Below are positions 23,863-36,879 of a stretch of DNA of 64,000 nt, one piece after another. How positions within the stretch are numbered: position 1 is the stretch's first letter; each line of letters begins with the position of its first letter. Position numbers and translations under genes: made by a program. Below the pieces are notes generated by a model. The model made no database searches. It was given only the letters and a program-made list of their open reading frames with translations, and was not told the origin of the DNA. This DNA is from Squalus acanthias (taxonomy: Eukaryota), in NCBI GenBank assembly GCA_030390025.1, contig CM059432.1, forward strand, positions 64,296,001 to 64,360,000, in the 5' to 3' direction.

Positions 23863-24938
23863 ACCGCACTGCCTGGTCTCCCGCTGTTTAAATACTGCCA
23901 CTGATACTGCCTCCAATTAGGGCCGCGCTGCCTGGTCTCCCGCTGTTTAAATACTGCCACTGATACTGCCTCCAATTAGGGCCGCACTGCCTGGTCTCCC
24001 GCTGTTTAAATACTGCCACTGATACTGCCTCCAATTAGGGCCGCACTGCCTGGTCTCCTGCTGTTTAAATACCGCCACTGATACCGCCTCCAATTAGGGC
24101 CGCGCTGCCTGATCTCCCGCTGTTTAAATACTGCCACTGATACTGCCTCCAATTAGGGCCGCACTGCCTGGTCTCCTGCTGTTTAAATACTGCCACTGAT
24201 ACTGCCTCCAATTAGGGCCGCGCTGCCTGGTCTCCCGCTGTTTAAATACTGCCACTGATACTGCCTCCAATTAGGGCCGCGCTGCCTGATCTCCCGCTGT
24301 TTAAATACCGCCACTGATACCGCCTCCAATTAGGGCCGCACTGCCTGGTCTCCCGCTGTTTAAATACCGCCACTGATACCGCCTCCAATTAGGGCCGCAC
24401 TGCCTGGTCTCCCGCTGTTTAAATACCGTCACTGATACCGCCTCCAATTAGGGCCGCACTGCCTGGTCTCCCGCTGTTTAAATACCGTCACTGATACCGC
24501 CTCCAATTAGGGCCGCGCTGCCTGGTCTCCCGCTGTTTAAATACTGCCGCTGATACCGCCTCCAATTAGGTCCACGCTGCCTGGTCTGCCACTGTTTAAA
24601 TACCGCCACTGATACCGCCTCCAATTAGGCTCGCGCTGCCCGGTCTCCCGCTGCTTTAAGTACAGCCACTGCTGATACCGCCTCCAATTAGGCTCGCGAT
24701 ACCCGGTCTCCCGCTGCTTTAAGTACCGCCGCCACTGATACCGCCTCCAATTAGGCTCGCGCTGCCTGGTCTCCCGCTGTTTTAAGTACAGCCACTGCTG
24801 ATACCGCCTCCAATTAGGTTCGCGCTGCCTGGTCTCCCACTGTTTTAAGTACAGCCGCCACTGATACTGCCTCCAATTAGGTTCGCGCTGCCTGTTCTCC
24901 CGCTGTTTTAAGAACTGCCGCCGCTGATACCACCTCCT
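23863..24938. repeat. minisatellite of about 18 units (59-bp units, then 63-bp units)
   Basis: Unit gccgcgctgcctggtctcccgctgtttaaatactgccactgatactgcctccaattagg. Confidence 0.97.
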
Positions 24939-27066
24939 ATATTTGCTACCTTCCAATCTGCTGGGACCATTCTTGAATCTAGAGAAATTTGGAAGATCAC
25001 AACCAATGCATCCACTATCTCTGCAGCCACCTCTTTTAGAACCCTAGGATGTAGGCCATCAGATCATGGGGATTTTTCAGCTTTTAGTCCCATTAGTTTC
25101 CCTCGTACTTTTTTCTCTACGGATCTTAACTACTTTAAGTGCCTCACTCTCAATAGCCCCTTGGTTCCCCACTATTTTTGGTATGCTTTTTGTGTCTTCT
25201 ACTGTGAGGACAGATACACAATATTTGTTTAAAGTCTCTGCCATTTCCTTATTCCCCATTATAATTTCTCCTGTCTCAGCCTCTAATGGACCAACGTTTA
25301 CTTTTGTTTCTCTCTTCCTTTTTACACACTTGTAGAAACTCTTACAATCTGTTTTTTTATATTTCTTGCTAGTTTTCTTTCATATTCTATTTTTTCCCTT
25401 TTGATCAATTTTTGGTCATCCTTTGCTAGTTTCTGAAACTCTCCCAATCCTCAGGCTTACTACTATTCTTTGCAACATTATAAGCCTCTTTTTAAATCTA
25501 ATACTATCCTTAACTTCTTTAATTAGCCACGGATGGATAACTTTTCTCATGGAGTTTTTATTTCTCAGTGGAATGTATATTCGTTGAGAATTTTGAAATA
25601 TTTTTTTAAATGTTTGCCACAAGATTGGCAGTGTCCCACTGTAGCCGAGCACAACACCCAACCCTCAGTGAGCTGTGATAAATAAATAAACTGGGCAGTA
25701 GAAATGATTTCAAATCAATATTTTAATGAATGCTTTAATAACATCTAACTTTAGAAATTGTCCGCAGAATTGTTTGTCTCTAGTTATTATTTAGAACTTA
25801 CACTTCATGCAATAAATTAAAATATCTTAATGTAATTTTATATTGGCCACTTGAGGAATCTTAGCTTTACATTGACAATGTTTTCTCAAGGCAACATCTC
25901 ATGCATGATAGCCAAGCAGGATCTGAGATGGTAGTCTGTACACTCTCAATACATAGATAAGTACCAGGCAGTAACATTTTAAAAGGCTTTATAAATCATA
26001 CCAGGACAAAACAAGATGTGGAACACTCCATTCCTCTCGTTGTTTAGAGGATCTTCTGTACTCATGAAAGTGCATTGTGATGACTTCTAATACAGCAGAA
26101 AAACCTTGTTGAATTTTCACACCAGTGTTTATGATGCCACTTAAACATTATAATCACCATGTAAAGCTAAAACTAGCACATTCTGAGAAACCAATGATTC
26201 TGAATCTTCTTAATATATTTGAGCAATAATAGTTTTGTTATTTTTTTATTAAGATCATAAATCTTATGATTTCCATGTTTACAAACAATGTATAGTTTTA
26301 GCAAAAATCTTAAAAGCATTTTTTTAAATGCTTTTAGTACTACAGATGGCATTTTGGTGACATTTTATGGCATACTCCTAAATGTCCTTGTTAAATGGAG
26401 GACATCAGTATAATTGATTTATGTAAAGCAATTTCATCCAATATTTTCTCTTGGAATTTATTTATTGTTGTCTCATTTCTAAATCAGCTTTTTTTTTGTA
26501 TTCATTCACGGGATGTGGGCATCGCTGGCAAGGCCAGCATTTATTGCCAACCCCTAATTGCCCTTGAGAAGGTGCTGGTGAGCCGCCTTCTTGAACCACT
26601 GCAGTTCGTGTAGTGAAGGCACTCCCACAGTTCTGTTAGGTAGGGAGTTCCAAGATTTTGACCCAGGGACTATGAAGGAATGGCAATATATTTTCAAGTG
26701 AGGATGGTGTGTGACTTGGAGGGGAACTTGGAGGTGGTGGTGTTCCCATGCACCTGCAGCCATTGTCCTAGGTGGAAAAGGTTGCGAGGTGCTGTCAAAG
26801 AAGCCTTGGGGAGTTGCTGCCATGCATCTTGTAGATGGTACACACTGCAGACATGGTGTGCCGGTGGTGGAGGGAGTGAATGTTTAAGGTGGTGGAAGTG
26901 GTGCCAATCAAGCGGGCTGCTTTGTCCTAGATGGTGTTGAGCTTCTTGAGTGTTGTTGGAGCGACACTCGTCCAGGCAAGTGGAGAGTGTTCCATCACAA
27001 GCCTGACTTGTGCATTGTAGATGGTGGAAAGATTTTGAGGAGTCAGGAGGTGAATCACTCGCCACA

Positions 27067-29233
27067 CAGGCCTTGCTTGACCAACCTTATTGAATTTTTG
27101 AAGAGTTAAGAGAGAGAGTAGACAATGGTAATGCAGTAGATGTCATTTATCTAGATTTTAAAAAGTCTTCGATAAGGTGCCCCATAATAGACTGATGAAC
27201 AAGGTCAGTGAATGCGGAGTCAGGGGACAAGTAGCAGAATGGATTGCTGGCTGGCTTCAGGACAGAAAGCAGAGAGTAGTAGTAAAGGGTAGCTATTCAC
27301 AGTGGCAGAAGGTGGGTAGTGGTGTTCCACAAGGATCAGTACTGGGACCACTGCTGTTCACAATTTACATTCACGATTTAGACTTAGGAATCAAAAACAC
27401 AATTTCTAAATTTGCGGATGACACCAAATTGGGGGGATAATCAATACTGAGGAGGACTGCAACAATTTACAGGAGGACATTAATAAACTTGCAGAATGGG
27501 CATATAATTGGAAAATGAAGTTCAACACAGATAGATGTAAGGCATTACATTTTGGTAGGAAGAATAGGGAGGTCACTTAGCACTTGGAGGGTGCGAGTCT
27601 AGGTAGGGTAGAGGAACAAAGGGATCTAGGAGTACAAATACATAAATCACTAAAAGTTGAGATGCATGAAAAAGCAAACCAAGTACTAAGGTTTATTTAT
27701 AGAGGGATAGATTTGAAAAGTAGGGAAGTTATGCTAAACCTGCATCGAACCTTGGTTAGACCACACTTAGGGGTAGAAATTAGGTCGCGCCCCATTTGGG
27801 GCGCAAATATCGTCTGGACGCAAATATTAGCGCCTGGCGCTAATTATCGGCACTGACTGGAAACTTCACTTTTACCGCCCCGGGAGGTGAGTGGAGCGCT
27901 AAAGCAGGCGCTGCACACCTGTCTTAAGGCGCAAAGGCCGAGCAGTGAGGCGCTAACTCAGAGCGCTGGTGAAGCTCATGTAATGTCAGTCAGCAATGGA
28001 ACACACACACAATGGCACGGGCCAGTTCTTAAAGGGGATGGTTAATCTTGCTTTCCATCCACATCCTGTTCATTGCAGCCTTGAATCTCGGCCTGGAGAG
28101 ACTTGCACATCAAATGTGCTGGAAAGAACAATGGAGAGTACCAGGCAAAGAGCTCAGAGTGCAGCTCCCACAGTCTCTGCTAAATCGATACAAGGAATGG
28201 CAAATCAAAATGAACCTGCAAAGTGCTGCTCAGTACCCAAAACTCCTTCACACAACGTTGAATCTCTCCAGAAGTCTCTCCCTCTCTCTCTCAGAATGCG
28301 TAGTTCGAAAATGCCACCAACAATAAAAGACAGGAAGAGGCCCCCTTTAAATAGCGCCCCCCCCAGCCCCACAGCAATTGATAGTGTTCCAGTCTTCTGG
28401 TCGTTGCTAGCGTCAGGCGGTAAGGCAGGGGGCGCCACTCAATTTCTGCTCCGGGGCGCCACAAGGGCGTTGCACCATGGAATGACGTCACAATCTGCGC
28501 GCGCAGGTGGTCGCAGCGGTAAGTTTTAGCGCCGCCGCACAATCTCAAGTTAAGTTCTCGAGCGGCGCAAACATCGCTGCGCCCGGGCGTTAGCGGCTTT
28601 GCACCCCATTAGCGCCCTCTTAAGGCGCTAACAGGAGGCGCAACCAACTGAATTTTTACCCCTTAGAGTATTGCGTACAGTTCTGGTCGCCATATTATAA
28701 AAAGGATATAGAAGCACTGGAGAGGGTGCAGAGAAGATTTACAAGGATGATACCAGAAATGCGAGGGTATACATATCAGGAAAGGATGAACAGGCTGGGT
28801 CTCTTTTCTCTTGAAAAAAGATGGCTGAGGGGTGACCTAATAGAGGTCTTTAAAATTATGAAAAATTTTGATAATGTGGATACAGAGAGAATGCTTCCAC
28901 TTGTGAGGAAGAGCATAACTAGAGGCAATCAATATAAGATAGTCACCAAGAAATCCAATAGGGAATTCAGAAGAAATTTCTTTACCCAAAGAGTGGTGAG
29001 AATGTGGAACTCGCTACCACAGGAAGTGGTTGAAGCAAATAGTATAGATGCATTTAAGGGGAGGCTAGACAAGCATATGAGGGAGAAGGGAATAGAGGAT
29101 TATGCTGATAGATTTAGATGAGGAAAGACGGGAGGAAGCTCGTGTGGAGCATAAATGCCGGCATGGACTGGTTGGGCCTAATGGCCTGTTTCTGTGTCGT
29201 ATATCCTATGTAATTCTATGTAATCCTATGTCC
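27067..29233 (+). mobile_element. 5'-truncated CR1 LINE (RT to 3' tail), split by a MITE
   Basis: ORFs 27177-27440, 27584-27770 and 28726-29121; (cctatgtaat)n-like tail. Confidence 0.9.
27770..28662. mobile_element. Harbinger-type MITE
   Basis: TIR ggggtagaaatt / aatttttacccc; TTA at 27767-27769 and 28663-28665; removing it restores RPHLEYCVQFW. Confidence 0.9.
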
Positions 29234-31559
29234 AGTACCCAGCCTCTGACCTGCTCTTGTAGCCACAGTATTTATGTGGCTGGTCCAGTTATGTTTCTGG
29301 TCAATGGTGACCCCCAGAATGTTGATGGTGGGGGATTCGACGATGGTAATGCCATTGAGTGTCAAGGGGTGGTGGTTAGACTTTCTCTTGTTGGAGATGG
29401 TCATTGCCTGGCACTTGTGTAGCGCGAATGTTATTACCACTTATCAGCCCAAGCTAAATGTTGTCCAAGTCTTGCTGCATGTGGGCACAGACTGCTTCAT
29501 TATCTGAGGAGTTCCGAATGGAACTGAACAATGTGCAATCACAGCGAACATTCCCACTTCTGACCTTATGATGGAGGGAAGTTATTGATGAAGCAGCTGA
29601 AGATGGTTGGGCCTAGGACACTGCCTGAGAAACTCCAGCAGTGATGCCCTGGGGCTGAGATGATTGGCCTCCAACAACCACAACCATCTTCATTTGTGCT
29701 ATGAATGACTTCAGCCAATGGAGAGTTTTTCCCCCAATTCCCATTGCCTTCAATTTTACTAGGGCTCCTTGATGCCACGCTCGGTCAAATGCTGCCTTGA
29801 TGTCAAGGGCAGTCACTCTCACCTCACCTCTGGAATTCAGCTCCTTTGTTCATGTTTGAACCAAGGCTGTAATGAGATCTGGAGCCGAGTGGTCTTGGCG
29901 AAACCCAAACTGAGCATTGGTGAGCAGGTTATTGGTGAGTAAGTGCTGCTTGATAGCACTATCGATGACACCTTCCATCACTTTGCTGATGATTGAGAGT
30001 TGACTGATGGGGCGGTAATTGGCCAGATTGGATTTGTCCAGCATTTTGTGGACTGGACATACTTGGGCAATTTTCCACCTAGTCGGGTAGATGCCAATGT
30101 TGTAACTGTACTGGAACAGTTTGGCTAGATGTACGGCTAGTTCTAGAGCACAAGTCTTCAGCACTACTGCCGGGATGTTGTCAGGGCCCATAGCCTTTGT
30201 TGTATCCAGTGCGCTCAGTCATTTCTTGATATCATGTGGAGTCAATCGAATTGAATGTAGACTGGCTACTGTAGGGACCTCAGGAGGAGGCCGAGATGGA
30301 TCATCCACTCGGCACTTCTGGCTGAAGATGGTTGCAAATGTTTCAGCCTTGACTTTTGCACTCACATGCTGGGCTCCACCATCATTGAGGATGGGGATGT
30401 TCATGGAACCTTCTCTTCCCTTTAGTGGTTTAATTGTCCATCATCATTCATGACTGGATGTGGCAGGACTGCAGAGCTTTGATCTGATCTGTTGGTTGAA
30501 GGATCGCTTAGCTCTGTGTATAGCATGCTGCTTCTGCTTTTTAGCATGCATGTAGTCCTGTGTTGTAGCTTCACCAGGTTTGCACCTGATTTTTAGGTAT
30601 GCCTGGTGTGATTTTTAAGTATGCCTGGTGCTGCTCCTGGCATTCTCTTCTAAACTCCTCATTGAATAAGGTTTGGTTCCCTGGCTTGATGACAATGGTA
30701 GAGTGAGGGATATGCTGGACCATGAGGTTACAGATTGTGTTGGAACAAAATTCTGCTGCTGCTGATAGCACAGAGCACCTCATAGGTGCCCAGTTATGAG
30801 TTGCTTGATCTTTTCTGAATCTATCAGTGTGAAGACAGGACTTTGTCTCCACAAGGACTGTACGGTGGTCACTCCTACTAATACTATCGTGGACAGATGC
30901 ATCTGCGACAGGTAGATTGGTGAGGATGAGGTCAAGTAAGTTTTTCCCTCGTGTTGGTTTTCTCACCACCTGTCGCAGGCCCGGTCTGGCAGCTATGTCC
31001 TTCAGGACTCGACCAGCTCGGTCAGTATTGGTGCTACTGAGCCACTCTTGATGATGAACATTGAAGTTCCCCACCCAGAGTACTTTCTGTGCCCTTGATA
31101 CCCTTCGTGCTTCTTCCAAGTAGTGTTTAACATGGAGGAGTACTGATTCATCAGCTGAAGTAAGGCGGTAGGTGGTAATCAGCAGGAGGTTTTCTTGCCC
31201 ATGTTTGACCTGATGCCATGAGACTTCATGGGGTCCTGAGGTAATGTTGAGGACTCCCAGGGCCACTCCTCCCGACTGTATACCACTGTGGCTCCACCTC
31301 TGGTGGGTGTGTCCTGCCGGTGGGACAGGACATACCCAGGGATGGTGATGGAGGAGTCTAGGACGTTGGCTACAAAGCTGCTGAAATTGGTTGGTTGTGG
31401 AAGAGTTTGTGAAATGGACAATGTATTCACACATGCAGTATTTACAGAGCATGCAACAGCTTTGATAAATAATAATATGAAATATAAATGCGTACTCAGG
31501 GATTAGCCCAGAGCAGGTGAAATATTTAGTGTCTCTCCTCTATCTTTTTAAAACTTCTT

Positions 31560-32021
31560 TTGTGGGATGTGGGCATCGCTGGCAAGGCCAGCATTTATTG
31601 CCCATCCCTAAATGCCCTTGAGAAGGTGGTGGTGAGCCACCTTCTTGAACCGCTGCAGTCCGTGTGGTGAAGTTACTCCCACAGTGCTGTTAGGTAGGGT
31701 GTTCCAGGAATTTGACCCAGCGACGATGAAGGATCGGTGATATACTTCTAAGTTAGGATGGTGTGTGACTTGGAGGGGAACTTGGAGGTGGTGGTGCTCC
31801 CATGCGCCTACTGCCCTTGTCCTTCTAGCTGGAAGAGGTTGCGGGTTTGGGAGGTGCTGCCGAAGAAGCCTTGATGAGTTGCTGCAGTGCCTCTTGTAGA
31901 TGGTGCACACTGCAGCCACGGTACGCTGGTGGTGGAAGGAGTGAATGTTTAAGGTGGTGGATGGGGTGCCAATCAAGCGGGCTGCTTTGTCTTGGATGGT
32001 GTCGAGCTTCTTGAGTGTTGT
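31560..32021 (-). mobile_element. LINE family Z 3' fragment
   Basis: ORF 31608-31976. Confidence 0.85.
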
Positions 32022-32829
32022 TCTTTATTAATCATTCGAAAGCTTTGTTTTGTTGGTGAAACTACTGTGAATTTTGTTAGGGGTACAATAATGACAGCAC
32101 TGGCAAGAACTGGAAAATAACAGCTTATCGTGATTTGTCAGGCTGTTGTTTCTTCTGACACCTAAAATGCTGTCCAATTTTGATCCGTGCAGGGTGAGTG
32201 CATTTCACTTGCAGATTTTTTTTTATTACAATTCAGTTGTAAAGTCTTAGTGACTTTTCAATAGTGAATAATATATTTAAATATAATAGCAAGCCTGAAA
32301 AATATTCAAGGTGACATTTGTTGTCCATTATCAAACTGAAATGGTATTGAAAATGTTCTTACCTCGGACTGAGTATTAATATTCCTCACTCGGAGATATA
32401 TGAAGAGTGCTACACTGTACATCAAAAGATAATACTTCTCTAGATATGCATTCCTGACAGAATTTTTTTCTATTCTAGTTGTTATTGTATTGCATTTTTT
32501 TTTAGCTAGATTAATTGCCACATTATTGAAGCATGGCTAGTGTACTGAAACCCTGCAATGTTTAGGGCTCAGTTCCACAATGCAGCTTAATTCCAGTTCC
32601 ATTCTATCAACATTTGGTACAGTTGCATTCAATTTAGTGTTAACTAGTCTCAACAAGTTGCTTTCTTCCATTGGGGAAGAACTCATTGTTTGTGCGAGCC
32701 ATGTTTAAACAATCAGTTAAAAGCAGATGTCACTATGCCAATAAAACATGGACTAAAGTCAATAACAATTAATAATAGTTTCTAATGACTTTTAAAAAAT
32801 TCTCTGATTCCATGATCCCACATTCCCAA

Positions 32830-33172
32830 TGGGGAGTTGTACTCACAGGGAGCATCGGTTAGAGATAGGGCATCTACAATGTTCAACAACAGGAGCACCC
32901 CTATAAAACATAGCTCAGTGAGCAAGAGTTCCAAGGTTGAATTCGCAGTCCTTGCTGAGTTAGCTCATCAGAACCAGAATGGCATTATGAGCTGGCCAAT
33001 TGTCTTTTTTATCCTTGGATTAGGGGAAGTCGGCTAGGCTTCCTGCTAATCATTATCCAATGAACTGTGTTCTAAGATAATGTGTGCAGATACTGGATGG
33101 CAACAGAATTGCGGTCTGATGTGATGGTCTCAATGATAAATATCCTGTAAACACTGACTATTGAGGCTCATA
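32830..33172 (+). mobile_element. old degenerate SINE-like repeat
   Basis: A/B-box-like tagctcagtg...ggttgaattc followed by gctgagttagct; recognised by resemblance only. Confidence 0.35.
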
Positions 33173-33429
33173 CTACCCAAAAAATGAGTCATAGAGTCAT
33201 AACGGCACAGAAGGAGGCCATTCGACCCATCGAGTCCGTGCCGGCTCTCTGTAGAACAATCCAGTCAGTCCCATTCCCCCGCCCTAACCCCGTAGCCATG
33301 CAAGTTTATTTCCCTCAAGAGCCTATCCAATTTCCTTTTGAAATCATTGATCGTCTCCGTATCCACCACCCTCGTCGGCAGCGAGTTCCAGGTCATTTCC
33401 ACTTGCTGCGTAAAAAAGTTCTTCCTCAC

Positions 33430-33944
33430 AGGAGGGTAGGAGTGCAACGAAGGTTCACTAGATTGATTCCTGGGATGGCCAGACTGACATATCAAGAAAG
33501 ACTGGATCAACTGAACTTGTATCCTCTGGAGTTCAGAAGAATGAGGGGGGATCTTATAGAGACGTTTAAAATCCTGACTGGTTTAGACAAATTAGATGCG
33601 GGCAGAATGTTTCCAATGTTAGGGGAAACTAAAACCAGGGGTCACAGTCTAAGGATAAAGGGGAAGCCATTTAAGACTGAGATGAGGAGGAACTTCTTCA
33701 CCCAGAGAGTGGTGAATCTGTGGAATTCTCTACCACAGAAGGTTGTTGAGGCCAGTTCGCTAAATATATTCAAAAGGGAGTTAGATATAATACTCACAAC
33801 TAGGGGGAATCAAGGGGTATGGCGAGAAAGCAGGAATGGGGTACTGAGGTAGCATGTTCAGCCATGAACGCATTGAATGGCGGTGCAGGCTCGAAGGACC
33901 GAATGGTCTACTCCTGCACCTATTTTCTATGTTTCTATGTTTCT
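33430..33944 (+). mobile_element. CR1 3' fragment inserted antisense into CR1-C
   Basis: VQRRFTRLIPG...RRNFFTQRVVNLWN; (ttctatgt)n tail; the host resumes at tcccccctgtatctc. Confidence 0.9.
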
Positions 33945-34094
33945 ATCCCCCCTGTATCTCTTGCCCAAAACCTTAAATCTGTGTTCTCTAGTCCTTCTAC
34001 CATCAGCTAATGGGAACAACCTTTCTCTGTCTACCTTATCCAAAATGAGAAGTCGCACAACACCAGGTTATAGTCCAACAGATTTATTTAATTT

Positions 34095-34131
34095 TACAAG
34101 CTTTCGGAGCTGTTCGCTCCTTCTTCAGGTA
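34095..34131 (-). ncRNA. minimal hammerhead ribozyme motif
   Basis: Inverted copy of 34653-34689. Confidence 0.65.
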
Positions 34132-34652
34132 GGGTAGCTGTGAGAGAATCTCCCAGAATTCACAATATAAACACAGAAAAAATCTATTCAAATCTTTCCC
34201 TACATCAAAGACACACTAAGAGCACAGCCAAGACAATGAGATGTGTCCCAGGGGGTCCAACGTGTCAAAACACCTGCTGGCTGCATATCCTCTCCATTTG
34301 TGTTAGTCTTTTTAAAACAAAACCTGGAAAGACCGCAACGCAAAATCATAGAGCAGAAACTGATAGCCAAGTTCCGCACTCATGAGGATGGCCTCAATCG
34401 CGATATCGGGTTCATGTCACGATACAGAACGTGACTTGACATCATGGCCGGTCTTTCCAGGTTTTGTTTTAAAAAGACTAACACAAATGGAGAGGATATG
34501 CAGCCAGCAGGTGTTTTGACACGTTGGACCCCCTGGGACACATCTCATTGTCTTGGCTGTGCTCTTAGTGTGTCTTTGATGTAGGGAAAGATTTGAATAG
34601 ATTTTTTCTGTGTTTATATTGTGAATTCTGGGAGATTCTCTCACAGCTACCC

Positions 34653-34689
34653 TACCTGAAGAAGGAGCGAACAGCTCCGAAAGCTTGTA
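34653..34689 (+). ncRNA. minimal hammerhead ribozyme motif
   Basis: tac CTGAAGA a ggagc gaaca gctcc GAAA gctt gta. Confidence 0.68.
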
Positions 34690-36879
34690 AAATTAAATAA
34701 ATCTGTTGGACTATAACCTGGTGTTGTGCGACTTCTCATTTTTGTCCACCCCAGTCCAACGCCGGCATCTCCACATCATACCTTATCCAAACCTGTCATA
34801 ATCTTGTACACCTCTATCAAATCTCCCCTCAACCTCCTTTGCTCCAAGGAGAACAACCCCAGCTTCTCCAACCTAACCTTATAGCTAAAGTCCCTCATCC
34901 CTGGAACCATTCTGGTAAATCTCCTCTGCACCCTCTCAAGGACCTTCACATCCTTCCTAAAGTGTGGTGACTAGAACTGGATGCAATACTCTAGTTGTAG
35001 CCTAACCAGAGCTTTATAAAGGTTCAGCATAACCTCCCTGCTTTTGTACTCAATACCTCTATTTATGAAGCCCAAGATCCCATATGCTTTGCTAACTACT
35101 CTCTTGATATGTCCTGCCACCTTCAACGATCTATGCACATGAACCCCCAGGTCCCTCTGTCTCTGCACACTCTTTAGAACTCTCCCTGTTCCTTCTGCCA
35201 AAATGCATCACCTCACACTTCTCTGCATTAAATTCTATCTGCCACTTGTCTGCCCATTCTGCTAGCCTATCTATGTCCTGTTGCAGTCAATTTAGTATCC
35301 TCCTCTCTGTTTGCCACACCTCCAAGTTTGGTATCATCGGCAAATTTAGAAATTTTACTCTGCATTCCAATATCCAAGTCATTTATACATATCAAAAATA
35401 GCAGTGGCCCCAGCACTGACCCTTGGGGAACACCACTGTCTACCATCCTCCAGTCTGAAAAACAACCATTTACTATGACTTGCTGTTTTCTGTCCTTAAG
35501 CCAATTTCTTATCCAAGCTGCCACTGACCCACCTATTCCATGATTCTCAATTTTGTTAACCAGCCTTTTATGTGGTACTTTGTCAAACGCTTTCTTGAAA
35601 CCATATAGACAACATCCATTGCATTCCCTTCATCAACCTTCTCTGTTACTTCATCAAAAAATTCAATTAGATTAGTCAAACGCAATCTGCCTTTTACAAA
35701 TCTGTGCTGTCTCTCCATAATTGACTTAAACCTCTCCAAGTGCCTGTTAATTTTTTCCCGAATTATTGTTTCTATAACCTTACCCACCACTGATGTTAAA
35801 CTGACCGGCCTATAGTTACTAGGATTGTCTTTACACCCTTTCTTGAACAAGGGTGTCACATTTGCCAATTTCCAATCCTCTGGAAGATTGGAAAATTATG
35901 GCAAGCCCCACCCCCACTTCCCTTAGCAACCTGGGATGCAAGCCATCCGGACCAGGCGACTTATCCACTCTAAGCATATCCAGCCTTTCCAGTACATTCT
36001 GCCTATCAATTTTCACCCCATCCATTACCTCTACCATCTCCGCTTCTACCGATATTTTGTCAGCATCCTCTTCCTTAGTAAACACTGATACAAAGTACTC
36101 ATTAAGTATTCTAGCCTTGCCCTGCACCTCTAAGCATATATCACCTTCTTTGTCCCTAATAGGCCCCACCCCACCTCTTACTACCCGCTTACTATTTACA
36201 TGCCGGTAGAAGATTTTTGGGTTCCCTTTTATGTTAACTGCCATTCTATTCTCATATTCTCTCTTTGCCAGTCTTATTTGCCTCTTCACTTCCCCTCTCA
36301 ACTTATTGTATTTGGCCTGGTTCTCACTTGAAGAATTCACCTGACATGCATCGTACACCCTCTTTTTTTGTTTCATCATATTCTCTATCTCCCTCGTCAT
36401 CCAAGGAGACCTGGCTTTGCTTCCCCTACCTTTCCCTCTTGTTGGAATGTACCTAGCCTGTACCTGAAACATCTCCTCCTTAAAGATCACCCATTGTTCC
36501 TGTTACAGTTTTTCCTGTCAATCTTTGGTTCCATTTTACCCTGGCTAGATCCCCTCTCATCCCATTGAAGTTAGCCCTCTTCCAATTTAGAAGTTCTACT
36601 TTAGATTGTTCCTTGCTCTTCTCCATTACTAATCTAAACCTTATGATATGATGATCACTCTTACCCAAGTGTTCTCCCACAGACACTTGGTCCACTTGGC
36701 CCACCTCATTCCCCAGCACCAGATCCAGCAATGCCTCCTGCCTAGTTGGGCCGAGAACACATTTCAGAAATTCCTCCCCCTCCTTTCCCTTTACTCTAAC
36801 ATTATCCCAATCGATATTTGGGTAATTAAAGTCCCCCAATATCACCACTCTATAGTTCTTGCACATCTCTGTGATTTCC

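Larger units (their letters stand above)
19219..24939 (-). mobile_element. near-full-length CR1 LINE 'A2' with a tandem-repeat 5' end
   Basis: (ttcttatg)n tail at 19219; ORF2 pieces 19309-22059; ORF1 22295-23231; 5' UTR and minisatellite. Confidence 0.92.
9284..25620 (-). mobile_element. CR1 LINE 'A', the outer host of the nest; segments 9284-10010, 10757-10897, 18682-19218, 24940-25620
   Basis: The segments join almost colinearly from the 3' tail through RT to the linker (ORFs 9355-9753 and 25077-25259). Confidence 0.8.
26495..31375 (-). mobile_element. LINE family Z, long copy (APE + RT), split by a CR1 at 27067-29233
   Basis: WVGNFNVHH, SDH, GPDNIP, YRPISQLS, QFGFRQ, TALDIKAAFDRAWH; the flanks of the CR1 insert rejoin. 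Confidence 0.88.
34042..34778. mobile_element. Penelope-like fold-back insertion (P1) with the ORF C-terminus in the spacer
   Basis: Inverted arms of about 290 bp; spacer encodes QRKIIEQKLIAKFRTHEDGLNRD; taccttatccaaa duplicated at 34032-34044 and 34779-34791. Confidence 0.9.

Noticed and set aside
23863..24938. CRISPR array
   Set aside because: Units are contiguous with no unique spacers, there are no cas genes, and the context is eukaryotic.
24537..24956. 139-aa repetitive ORF
   Set aside because: A by-product of 63-bp (in-frame) minisatellite units.
33184..33852. 222-aa ORF
   Set aside because: Chimeric read-through from antisense CR1-C into an inserted CR1 fragment.
34140..34644. Two identical ORFs on opposite strands (MRESPRIHN...)
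   Set aside because: A consequence of the PLE inverted repeat, not a gene pair.
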